A stretch of 64,000 bases of DNA from Oopsacas minuta. Lineage: Eukaryota; Animalia; Porifera. The notes below the pieces were generated by a model. The model worked only from the letters and a program-made list of their open reading frames with translations. It did no database searches and was not told the DNA's origin. A program made the translations under genes and the position numbers. Location: the NCBI GenBank assembly GCA_024704765.1, contig JAKMXF010000348.1, positions 3,401-67,400 of the forward strand, read 5' to 3'. Positions 36,028 to 48,102 of this stretch are shown here, one piece after another (position 1 is the first letter of the stretch; each line of letters begins with the position of its first letter).

Positions 36028-39000
36028 ATGGATGATCCTAAAGAGAAACCCCAAGAATCAGTACAGAAATCAGGATCTGGTATGGATTTAGTCGAACTGA
36101 TTAAGTCAAATATTAGTGAAATCAGGACTTTGATGAAAAATCCTGAACTAGCGAAAGAGAGGTAAATCCGAGACCAACTTCTGAATAATGAAGTGATGTT
36201 TTTCATCAATTATTATATATTTACATTTTACATAATTCTAGCGGAACTAAATACTATGACTTGCTTTATCTGGCAGCAAGATATGGCAGTAAAGAGCTTA
36301 TGAAGATTATCATTACAGAGGATTTTAATGAAATAGAAGATGGTATTTTTTCTCAAGATGAATGCAGTATACTACAATTAGCAGTGGAGGAGAATAACGA
36401 AAATACATTTAACGTTATTCTAAATTGGATTATGGATTCAAAACAGGAGAGAGGTATTTGGGATTGAATTTTCATTCTTGTTCATCTAAATCATACTTTA
36501 AGTTGTTATAAAAAGTATAAATTTATCATAAAACTTGAACTCTACAAGAACAATATAATGTTCTGACAAAGTTAAGAGTTCATGATCAGAATTTAATATA
36601 CAAGTGTCGAACAATGGAAGTTACGGTGGCGGTCCCAGTGGGGAGGGAAGGAAAACGTAAACGGCGCATATGATCGGGATTAGAAGTCCTGGCCTGGCAC
36701 CTGGTCTGCCAGATCCTCGGGCCACCACTGCCTATTATATATGATTTCGCCCCGGGTTTGAAAATTTTGGACGCGGCGATGCCCCGGGTATACAAATCCT
36801 GTGACCGCCCCTGGAAAGGTGTGTTATGCAAATTATCTATGTAAATACTAGGTCATTTACTGGAGGGAGAATATGGAGATGATTGTAATACACCCCTAAT
36901 ACAGGCCTACAACAATAAGAACTATAATATTATATTTGAGCTGGTTAGAGCTGGAGCAGATCCTTCGATTACAAATAACTTTGTATTCAATACACTGCAT
37001 TATGCAGCATTGGATGACAATATAGAAGCAATACAGGCTATTGTAGATGGAGCTAGAGAAGGAGGAGAAGAAGCAGAGAACAAACTCCAACAAGCTAGAG
37101 AGACTGTAGATTTCAATGATTTTTCTTCCAGGGATGGATTCTGACAATAAAGAAATCATAAAGGTGAATTTTCAAATATAATGTAGTTCAGGCTAATAGT
37201 GCTAATGTGCTACCACAAAATTAAACAAAATTCCGCTAAATACAAGCTTCCTATTTCCTTCATTCTGGTTGACAAGTATACAATGTAAAGTTATCATTCC
37301 TAAAATCATTTGTCATAACCTTGATGGAATGTAAAGTACTTTTGCTATACTGGTAAAGTGTTTAGAATAATTTCAATTTTACCAATCATCCAAATAATAT
37401 TACAAACTTAATTAATTCACATACAGTTACTGTTACCTGGAGTTGATGTGTTGAATGAATCTTGTCATGAAGACTATGGTTCCATGCTACACTTCGCCTG
37501 TGACCAGAACAGACCAAATCTAGCAAAATACTTGATTGAGAAAGAAGTACCTATAGACACAGAAAAACTCATCAGGATTCACTCCACTGTGTATTGTAGC
37601 ACATCGAGGCTACCATCAGATAGGTACAGCTCTGTTAGAGGCAAAAGCAGATCCAAATCTGTTGCTTACGGAGTCACGATTGTGTCCTCTGAATTACGCA
37701 GCTCAACACGGAAGAATTGGTCTGGTGAGGGAATTGGTTAAGTACGGAGCAAGTACTGATAGAACAGATACCTCCAAAAGTATTCTATATTCAGCTGTGT
37801 TTGGAGGGAACTATGATGTCACCAAGTAAGTTTATGGGGGTTATCATTTGATATAGGAAAAGTAGAACATCATATAGATTAGCGAGCAAATAATGATCTG
37901 AAAATCAAATTGTTCATTTAGACTATTTCCTTGTGTGAAAATATAACTTGATTTGTTTTGAATTCTATTATTTCTACTATATACATACTCAAATATCAAA
38001 TAGCTCATTTCCAAATTGATTCTCACTCATATCCTATTTACTAGATTCCTGTTAGATGAATGTGGGTGCAATGCTAACATCTACGATTGGAAGGGAGATA
38101 CTAAAAAGAAGCCACTCTGCATTGCCATAGAAGGAGGACACATCTCTATAATCAAACTACTGCTACAGCATGGAGTCAGTGCTGTGGAATCAGTATACAG
38201 TCATGACCATCAGAGACCAATTCATGTGGCTATCCTTAGCAAACAGAGACAAGCACTGCAAATTCTACTGGAGAATGGAGCTAATCCAGATGATAAGACA
38301 GCAGCTGGAGCTACACCAGCACAACTGGCTGTAGCTAATGATGCTTCTACTCTTCTCCCACTACTGCTTAGTTACGGGATTAGTTTCACTAAAAGAGACG
38401 TATATGGGAACACACTGCTACATGCGATAGCCAGTGAAGGTGCTGTCAGGTGTGCAGAATTCCTACTACAGTACTTAGCTGACAATTACATGGATCAGAT
38501 ACCAAAGCTACTGTTAGAGGAGAAAGATGCACGAGGTCGTACACCAGTGGATAGAGCAGTGGATGAGGCTAATGAAGCTGTGTTAATTGAATTCTTCAAA
38601 CACATACAATATGATTACTTCATCCAACATCCTATCATCTATCATCAATTGATTGAGAAGAATTTATTCGATGCTCTCACTGCACTCATGGATGACTCTG
38701 TGTCTGAGAAATATCTTGACGTCACGCTGACTCCCAAGTTCCTTGACTCTGTCTCCTCGCTGGAACATTCTTACCCTGATGATCCTCTCTACGATCGCTT
38801 CGAGCCTTCTTTCCTTCACAAACTGCTTGACTGTCCTGATCCGTTAGTAAAGTATCATCCATTAGTTAGTATTGTAGTGAGAGAGAAGCTTCGTTTCTAT
38901 CGTTGGTGGTATGTGTTAACATTCATTCTCTACTGTTTCTTTCTAATCAATCTCTTCTACGCTCTGACGCAGGCTTCTTATCTGTGTGACGACATGCTAT

Positions 39001-40061
39001 GGAGTTATAGTGATAACCTCAGCAAGGGGAGGGCTTTCTGTGAGGTATGTGTAATTCTGTCAGTGATCATCTTTACAATTGATCAAATACTATCGTTTCT
39101 TTCTTATTGGTATAGAATTCATAGAAAATTATTAATAATCGATGGGAACAATGACAAACCTGACAAAATTAACTCATTTATATATCTTTCCTATATTCCA
39201 ATCTTGTATTGGAAACTGAATCGGGTTTTCTACCATTTCTTCACAGCTGTATTTACATGGTCTCAGAAAAATTTCGTATTTTTGATAAGTCTATTATCAA
39301 TGTTTATTCTTATCATTCTGAGAGTTGTACAGTCACCTTTCCAATGGACCTTCGCATCAATAACTATTATTCTATTTGCATTCAGCTTCATACAGAATTT
39401 CCGTATATCTTCAACTTTCGCTCCATATACGAACTGCTTCTTAGAAATATTATATTGCGAGATTCCAAAATTCTCTATTGTCATATTTATCTTTGTGTTA
39501 TCATCCAGCTTCAGTGGGAATATTTTTCTCGGGAGAATCCATAAGTCGCATTCTGAAATAACAGGAGAAACGTGTAATGATAGAATTGGTTATGAGGATA
39601 TCAGTATGAAATTGGCATTTGTGTATTTAATATTAGGGTTCTTATTTATTTTGCAAATGTTGAATCTCCTGATGGCTCAAGCAATAATCGCGTATAAGAG
39701 TTTAATTAGAAAGAACAAATTTGATTTTGATACTCAGTTAGTTGTTGAATTTGAATTGGAATCCAATGTTGCAGTATTATTGGGTAGAAAACTTCGAAAT
39801 TGGAATCCTATAAATGAATTAACGATTAGTCATGATATATGGAATGTATTTCGTAGAACAAAACTAGATCAAGCTCAAGAAAGTGATTTTATTTCAAAGA
39901 GAAACACCAAACTATTAGAGAGAAACTACACACAGTTGAAGTTGGATTATGAAATTATTCGTGATGACATGGCTGAAATGAAACTTACACAAGAGAAGAC
40001 TCTCGCTATCAATGTAGCGTTAGAAGCCAAGTTAGATCAACTGCTAAAACCTAGCTTGTAA
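36028..40061 (+). CDS. ankyrin-repeat TRP channel (TRPA-like); exons 36028-36161, 36242-36453, 36853-37163, 37427-37825, 38045-40061; two +1 frameshifts as assembled
   Basis: Multiple ankyrin repeats (TPLIQA, TLHYAA, GFTPLC, RPIHVA, GNTLLHA, GRTPVD), LVKYHPLV, six TM helices, MLNLLMAQ and a C-terminal coiled coil. Splice phases join only if one T (37121-37124) and one A (37563-37567) are removed. Confidence 0.78.
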
Positions 40062-40200
40062 TAGATTTCTATTAGATAGTTACTTACAAATCAGAATTGT
40101 ATAAGTTGGACATGAAACAGAGTGAATAATTTTGTTTTGCAGGGGTTTATAACATGACGGAAACGGGTGTATAAAGCTCATCATATATAATGCAACTTTG

Positions 40201-40596
40201 TAGAGGGCATTAGCATCATGATCAATTCTTGACGATCTGAGGATGATCGCCGATCATTTTATAAGCAGTGATCGAATGGAAGATCGGATCATTTTCCCAG
40301 AAAATTTTATCTTATTTTCGATCTTTTAGGCAGACAGAATTTGAAAAATTGACAATCTAGACCCCAAAATGTATATCAAATATAGAGTAAATGTACTAAT
40401 TTTCATGACAATCAATCTTATAGATTTCGCACGTAATAGAGCATCTCCCTATAGGAAGTGCTTATAAATTTCAAAAAGTTGATCGTGAACGTAATTGCGA
40501 TCATTTTTGGGTCAAGGATGGGGATCAAGATCTCCGAACATTTTTAATAACGGATCGTGATCGCGATAATAAATTTGATGACCGTCTAATGCCCGA
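40201..40596. mobile_element. hAT-type MITE
   Basis: GGGCATTAG / CTAATGCCC termini with an 8-bp duplication CAACTTTG at 40193-40200 and 40597-40604. A partial copy lies at about 25579-25720. Confidence 0.72.
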
Positions 40597-41277
40597 CAAC
40601 TTTGTTACACATTACATCGCGTATAATAAATAATAAATTAATAATAGTATATAAAAAGATTCAAACAAACACTGATGCAATAATCACAACTACGTATAGG
40701 TCGCAACAAGCCAAGTTTTGAGGCCCGGCCAGACGCATACCTACTACATGGTTCATAATATTACCTAAAATGGAATGAAAAATTGCTAAACCAGATCGTA
40801 CAGTCAGAAACTGTGATTGATTACAATTTTCAATGATGAATGTAATTAAATATAAGAAATGAAAGGAAATTCTTTCAAATGCATCTTCTATCTGTTAAGC
40901 AACTTTATCAATGATGAGAAGTTTGTGTGTTAGGTATTATCAAATCTACTGGTTTAGAATTCACGAGCTAAGCTTCCTGTTGAAAATGGTGCAATTTATA
41001 TTTTAAGGTATTTACTGTAGTAAAATCGGACTTCGCTTGCTCGCGCTGGGTGTCTTGCGACACTTCGTGCCTCGAATTTGCTTTACAGAGACAACGAATT
41101 TGTATATTGAAAATGTCAAAGTTTACTTACGATTGATTTATTCAAAAGTGCGAAATTTACATATACTCTTTAGTTAATGATAATAATAATACAAATAATA
41201 ATACAAGATAATATGTACATGTTAATTACATAGCCAAGACAATAGTTCTGAAATCGAAGACACAAGGATAAGATATA

Positions 41278-42351
41278 TTAGGATAAAAGAGGTTGATCCA
41301 ATGTAGTATAAATGACTTTTGTGTTACCTCTGATATACTTGTAGAGCTGAATAATCCAATTTGATATTGTGATGGACACAAAAGGAAACAAAACCACACA
41401 TACACCAATTATAACAAACACTCTACCACAAATATGGAAAGACCATAAAAATCGAGCATGACTCTTCTCGGCAATGGCTGTGCAACAAATTGGAATTGAG
41501 GAAGTAGATTAAACGGGAAGTGACACTTTCCAAAGAAAAATATACTAAGAATTACTGTTGGAATATTGATGAATGTATCACCAAAGATAGTGAAGAAGTA
41601 TCCAAAATATATGATATTCATAGTGTACATGTAGTACCTGTATTGTTTCAATTCTTCCTTATTAGATCCATACTGAGTAAGACATTCCATAGCTCTATGA
41701 AGCAAGGCGTATTTCAGACGTTTAGACATATGAACAAACAAACAAAAGTAGACATATAACATAACAAAGTATATGAGATGAGCCGCTATGTTAAGTAACT
41801 GTATACTGCTAGTTATGATGATTACTGCACTCGAAAAACTGGTGGTTATAAATAGGATATAAGGTTTTAAGCAATTGTGTGAATACTGCATGAACTTGAT
41901 GCGATAAATTAAGTATTTCATTAGATAGACACTGAAGGCGATAAGGAATAGCTCAGCTGATCTCGCTAGTGCTTTTGGTATATCTACATGCGGTAATAGT
42001 ATAGGGGATATCTTGAATTGATTTTTAGTGGACCCATTCAAGCTAATGCATTCATTCAATGGTAAACCTATGGTGCTAAATTCTTTAATAGCATAGGACG
42101 TTAAATATAATGTTGAACTCATAATCTCAAAATAACCATGAAGAGTAAGAGGAGATATTTCCAACTCTCAGTTTGGAAATGATACATTAATTGCTACTTT
42201 CATAACGTGTATTCTCATTGGAAATATTTCTAGCTACACCCCTTTTATATTTGTTAATACAACATATTCTTTTGATAAACACTAGAACCCAATACAAACT
42301 CACTGTTAAGAAAATAGGCCATAGAATAGAGTTTACAATTGTACCAAACAT
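41278..42351 (-). pseudogene. orphan 7TM family member with at least 3 frameshifts
   Basis: Stitched frames read MFGTIVNSILWPIFLTVSLYW...VARNISNE / QLMYHFQTESWKYLLLLF / EIMSSTLY... / VVLFPFVSITISNW...QPLLS*, colinear with 4118-5263. Confidence 0.8.
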
Positions 42352-42902
42352 TTTACAGAATTTAATTACTCTTCGCTTATAGTGTAATATATAGTATTAC
42401 ACTTCATTACATTACAATTTGATTGTAAGCAATGGAATATACACATACGTATTTCAGTTTCACTTAATGGTGCATAAGTAAATTTTAAAAAACAGCATTG
42501 TGATAGATTAAAGATTGCTGTATTCACGTAAAATGTGAGAATATTAAATACCTATTTTGATAATTTGCAAATTTTCCCCGTGAATAAATCCCAATAAAGT
42601 ATTATCAATATTCACTAATATGTTAGTGACCAATATTCGTTTGTAAGAAAATACACGTACTTCTACCATTAACTTTGCTGAATCCTATTTTAGTATGAGT
42701 ATTTGTTTCCTTTCCAAACCTATGGTGAAGATTGTAATTTTCGATTTTCTGTTGGCTACGCTAACACACTATTTTGTAAAATCTGTTTAAAGGTATAATT
42801 CACCTCCAATTCATAAGAATACAATACTAATGTATTTTCATATTTGGTCAATTTAGAGTAGTTTGAAAATATAAAATTCCAATCTTTTCCAACTGTATAA
42901 TA

Positions 42903-42970
42903 CAGTCAACTCCGCTTAATCGGGACAAAAGGCCTGGAACAGATGTGTCCCGATTAAGCGGAGTTGACTG
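42903..42970. mobile_element. 68-bp Tc1/mariner-type MITE
   Basis: Perfect 25-bp TIR CAGTCAACTCCGCTTAATCGGGACA, 18-bp spacer, TA on both sides. Confidence 0.85.
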
Positions 42971-43718
42971 TATAGCATTATTAATTGAATATATTTGAAG
43001 TGGCGCTATTAATAAGTCTCTATTTCTAATTGGGGAATTTGGGGTCATCTAATATATGATAGTGCCTCCAATTATTAGTATCACTTGATTCAATCAATAT
43101 CTTACGATGTCTGCACAGATTGTATTAGTGGATTTTCCGACGACGGAAAAATTACACATCTAGAACGAATTATCATAGAATTATCATAGGCTATTCTAAG
43201 GAAAATTTTAAAGTGTGTGTACTTTGAAATTTTCCTTAGAATTGTACAAATGATGTAATGATAGAGACTTTCATGAATATGTTCCTATCATTACAACTTT
43301 GTACAACATTTGTTAATGTGTTTCTTACCTCCTAGTATAAGTGTAACACTTCGGAACGCAATATATTGTGTGTAATAAGTCAATATTAGGAGATTAAATA
43401 TTATCTTTGGAAAAGAAGCAAAAATAATTAGAGATTACTTGATCTCATACAACTTAGTTTCAGTAAATAAGTTTAAGAGAAGATCTCATAACTTTTATTC
43501 AATATTGCTTAGTAATTGTAGTATCTTCTAATTTATATTATGAGATTACCTCACAAATATTGCATATGAATAAGATTACTTTCAAGTATGTTATATCCAT
43601 ATTTCTCAAGCAACTTATATAAGAGCAGCAAAACATTCTGAATTATTACTATTTTGGCACTCAGTAGTTAATATTAATTTATTCATATTTTGAATCTTAC
43701 GGCCATTTTATCATAGAG

Positions 43719-44209
43719 ATGGCTACGAACAGTATATTTGTTGTCGGAGTACAGGGCAAGACGCATTCCATTAATATTCCTATAGAAGATTTCAAGGTGA
43801 GATTTACTTGAATCTAACCAATAAGTTTCTTTGACCTTGCATTTGGACAATTTTTGTACAAAGTAAGGCTTCGATAAAAGTGGGTATAGCGATATTTCCG
43901 TGTTCTATATCACCGGAATTGACAGTACTTTAAAATTACATGGGTGATAGAATCACTTCGTTATAACGAGTTATCTACATTACCTATATGTTAATTCAAC
44001 AATAAATTTAGGAATACACCGTATCACAACTAAAACGTGTGGTTTATAAAAAGACTGGTATCGAGCCAGAAAATCAGCGGCTACTGTATGGAAGCAAGCA
44101 ATTAGAAGATGTGAGAAATGGCTGTACTATGAAAATCCAGGATTATGGACTAAGTAATAACTGTACTGTTGCATTAGTGGTAAGACTTTTAGGTGGAATT
44201 AACTGTTAG
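43719..44209 (+). CDS. ubiquitin-like modifier precursor, 91 aa, 2 exons (43719-43796, 44012-44209); absent from the ORF track
   Basis: Spliced product MATNSIFVVGVQGKTHSI...KTGIEPENQRLLYGSKQLED...DYGL...LVVRLLGG-INC*, with a phase-0 GT-AG intron. Confidence 0.85.
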
Positions 44210-44865
44210 AGACCTCTGTGTTTTCAATTTTTTATTTGAAAAGGTTAATAAATAACTGGTCTAGCTAATATTTTATTTTTATAACAATTCAATATCTCGT
44301 AGAGTATTAATACAGACACGCCTAATACCAACAATTCATTTTCAATAATCAGGTATTAATAGGTTCTGAAAATTCTACATATTATGCTCTAATCCTGGGT
44401 TATATGTACAAATTATTAATGGGGAAATAGAAAAGAGAATTATATAGGGTGCATAGCTTTAGATTCTCTACGATGATGACATCATCGTAGATTTACTTAT
44501 TCTAAGGTGTCAAGGCTGCAGATTACGACACTGTTGGTTAAAGTGAAATCGGGCGTGACTATAAATATATTTCTTGAAACGAAAATATAAATTTATTAGT
44601 ACCTATTACTTACCATGCACTATAAGCTTAACCAATCGGAAAGCTAAATCTTTTGGCAACTAAGTTTTACCCATTTCTCACTAACAATAATTTTACACTT
44701 TTGGGCTTCAAAATTTCATGATTTGTCTGAAGTATTCGGTTGGTAAGTAGCTAAAGTAAGGGTTGTATAAATGAATTGCATGTTTGCACAATTTCTACAA
44801 CACTATACATTCTTATAATAAATCAAACCATCATTTATTTATGTATAATAAATTTACCACTAGCA

Positions 44866-45654
44866 ATGGGTAAATCTTCCTCTAAACCTAGAGTAGATAA
44901 CAGAATAAGTGTAACACCTACGCCTATGCCTACACCAAGAAGAGAATGCTGCATATGTGATAGGGAGAACGGAATCAGAATGAAATGTTGGCATTATATA
45001 TGTTCAGAATGTATAATTGATAATGCTTGGCATCAAGCCAAATCCAAAAAGTATGAAATCAGCTGTGCCCAATGTACAAGAATTATAGATCTAGATGATT
45101 TGATAAGATTAGGAATTCCTGATGGTCCAACCAAAAAAGCACTAACCGAAGCTATTTCACTAAATTACTGCAAAAGCTTGGACAAAGACATACAACAGTG
45201 CCCCTCATGTACTACCTACTGTCAACGGCAAAATACAGAGCAAAATCTAATGAAATGTCTTGTTTGTTCAAAGGAGAATAAACCTTTTGAATTCTGCTGG
45301 ATTTGCTGCCGAGTTTGGAATAATCCTGGAAATTCACAGAAATGTGGGAATGTGAAATGCGGAGAGATTAGCTTAGAACATCTGAAGAACCCACCTATGA
45401 CGGATTTTGATGTATCTTCTAAAAGAATGCTAGCCCCAAAATACAGAGCATGTCCTAGGTGTTTTACCTTCATAGAACATGCAAGTGGATGCAATGAGAT
45501 GACATGCAGAGGTTGTTCATATGTATTTTGCTTTATTTGTCTTAGAAATACAAGGGATGGAATTAAATGCACTACTACTACCTGGAATAGCACTATTAGA
45601 TGCGTGCCCGCACCTATACAGATGAAGCTTGGACCTAAATTGTCAATAGATTGA
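44866..45654 (+). CDS. RBR (RING-IBR-RING2) E3 ubiquitin ligase-like protein, 262 aa, intronless
   Basis: RING1 CCIC...CWHYICSEC...CAQC; IBR CPSC...CLVC...FCWICC; RING2 CPRC...SGCNEMTCRGC...FCFICL. First ATG at 44866 gives MGKSSSK. Confidence 0.88.
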   Translation: MGKSSSKPRVDNRISVTPTPMPTPRRECCICDRENGIRMKCWHYICSECIIDNAWHQAKSKKYEISCAQCTRIIDLDDLIRLGIPDGPTKKALTEAISLNYCKSLDKDIQQCPSCTTYCQRQNTEQNLMKCLVCSKENKPFEFCWICCRVWNNPGNSQKCGNVKCGEISLEHLKNPPMTDFDVSSKRMLAPKYRACPRCFTFIEHASGCNEMTCRGCSYVFCFICLRNTRDGIKCTTTTWNSTIRCVPAPIQMKLGPKLSID

Positions 45655-47011
45655 GTTTTGTAATATTTGAAATGCAAAACATTGAATATATATGTATTTA
45701 ATGTAGAAATTGTTGCAGTATGAGTAATTATAATGAATACATTTTCACTTCTGCTACCCCCAACATTCGCTACCTGGAAATATTTTTATTTTCATAACGG
45801 TTAGAGATATGATATGTCAAATCAACGGCAGATGTTCTACTCTACATTCAATCTACATTATAATGTTCAATGCGGCCTATTTTAATTGTTCATATCTATA
45901 AATGCAAATATATGTGTTTGAAAACTAGTTACAGCCTCCACATTCCAACACATTTGGCTCTTGTATTGATATGTATGAATGTACCATTATGTTAGTACAA
46001 TTCTGTTGTTAAATTCGCTGAGAATATACATACAGTATGTATAGGGTGATTGACACTTAATCAATTATTTCAAATTATTTAATACATCGCAAACTTGCCG
46101 TCAAATTGTATAAAATTAAAGTAGAATTTTGAGGCTGTAAGTAAATCGAAACGATGAACCTAGTAAACCATATCCCTTATCGGGGTACTCTGGGCTAGTA
46201 AAAATTATTTGTTGGCGAATGATACTCTCCCCATGTAGAAAGTATTGGAGGGGCGACCGCGACCGTCCCCCTTGCCCCCCCCACACAGGATCGACGCCGT
46301 TGCGGTCCATACACGAACATTCGTAGGATGATTGCCTGTAGGAAGCCCACTAGTCTCTCAATGGGCCTGATATATAACAATCCCCTACAAATAGTTCAAA
46401 ATAATCTCATACCTGCCAAAATGAATGAAGAAAAAGGTCAGACGGAAGGTACTAATTCTTCGGGACAATTAAGGTCTTTGGAAAGTTTTGGCGGGACATC
46501 CCGCCAAAACGGGACAGTTGGCTAGTATGAAATCTAATATGTGTATCTACATATATGCCCTCAAAGTTGGGAATGACTGGAAGATTACATTTCACAAATA
46601 TAATATGGACAATAAAATTAGAGATTAATTCATCTCATACATTGTTTCAAAAGTTGCAGATAACCAGAATAAGAGAAGACATCGTATCTTCCTGTGGGCT
46701 AAATTACTCAGTCAATCATTGTATTATCTTAGAAGTTAGAAAGTATATGAGATTACCTCACATTTAAATATAGTAACTTTCCAGATTAGATAAATGAATA
46801 TCTGGAAAGTAGCCTTAAATTCACAAAGAGATATCCAAGGTGAAAAACTAATGTGTATGATTAATCAAATTATCAATATTATATTTCTTAAAATATAAGA
46901 TTACAATGAACATGTTTAATTAACTCATTAGTAACGACGCTAGGTTATAATTACGAGTCTAATTCATCATACACGGTTGTCGTTCTGATAAATTGAAATG
47001 ATAATTATTAG

Positions 47012-47125
47012 TCCAATTTGGAGCTACACTGTAAGACAACTGAAACGTGAGGTTGAAGAAAATACTGGAATCAGCGAAGCAGATTCATAGGCTACTGTTC
47101 GGAAGCAAGCAGTTTCAAGATGAAA
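47012..47125 (+). pseudogene. degenerate second copy of the ubiquitin-like gene (exon 2 fragment)
   Basis: YTVRQLKREVEENTGISEA / HRLLFGSKQFQDE across frameshifts aligns to YTVSQLKRVVYKKTGIEPENQRLLYGSKQLED. Confidence 0.7.
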
Positions 47126-47324
47126 GGAAGCTTCCACATTCTTTCAAATGTTTCTCATAATCAATAATTTTTCCAGTCCAATCACAATCTCTCAAAAGTG
47201 GACACTTTATTCTTAAATTCCCAATTGAAATGCTGACCTTTATAACCGGGCTCCCTCTCGTCCCATTGCATAGTAGACACCTGATTTCACCATGATAGGA
47301 AGTANACCTACTAAATGCTGTCAA
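47115..47324 (-). pseudogene. TRAF-type zinc-finger gene fragment
   Basis: IGNLRIKCPLLRDCDWTGKIIDYEKHLKECGSF fits the post-RING CP...C.W.G.....HL..C motif of TRAF-like proteins. Truncated, with one N at 47306. Confidence 0.6.
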
Positions 47325-48102
47325 GGAAATTAATTTCGTTAATTTTATAAGTACTTAATTTATTCTATATGTGACTGATGGATGTATTATATTCAATGTA
47401 TGAGTGATAACGATGATTCAAATATGATAAATTAGCAACCCGACAACATATAAAAATGGGAACTAAAAAAATATAAAATAACTCAAAAATTTGTGTGAGA
47501 AATATTTTTTTTGGCAACAGAATCGGATTCTACGCAAAGTTCTACACAAGAATCATGAAAAATCTCAAGGACCTCGTTTTTTCGATCAATATGATTTTCT
47601 GAGAGACCCGTGAACCATATGTACATTTCACAGTCAATTTCAAATTGAGCCACACAGTATTGTGTAAGCCATCAAAACAGAGGGTTGTCAATCAATTTCA
47701 AAGCTATGGGTATATTCACCCTATAACTGCAACAAACAAAACTTTTTGCTCAATTTCATTTGCTGTAAAATTCAAGTGAATTATTGAACTATTCAAAGTT
47801 TTGTTAGTGTTCTTCAAATTTCAGCACTTAGAAATTGTTTAACCGAATACTGCCGAGAGATATTCATTAGATTTTGAAGCAGCATTTTCTATCATCAATT
47901 TTACATAAACAATCCAATTACCTCTCATATTTATCGCCAAACCTTACTAGCCACCTGTACTTTAGATTTATTGATTGCGATTAAGTGATAAATAATAATT
48001 GGATAATTGATTCTTTCATTTCTACTATTTTCAAGTTATCATTGCAGCTACACGAGTTGACCTAGATATTTTTTCTTTACACTAACCTATAAACCAAGAA
48101 TA

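Noticed and set aside
43719-45654. Single spliced Ubl-RBR fusion gene
   Set aside because: The good donor (gtg|gtaaga, phase 0) is out of phase with the acceptor before the RBR ATG. The in-phase donor is weak and would destroy the GG. The RBR has its own MGxxxS start. Not fully excluded without cDNA.
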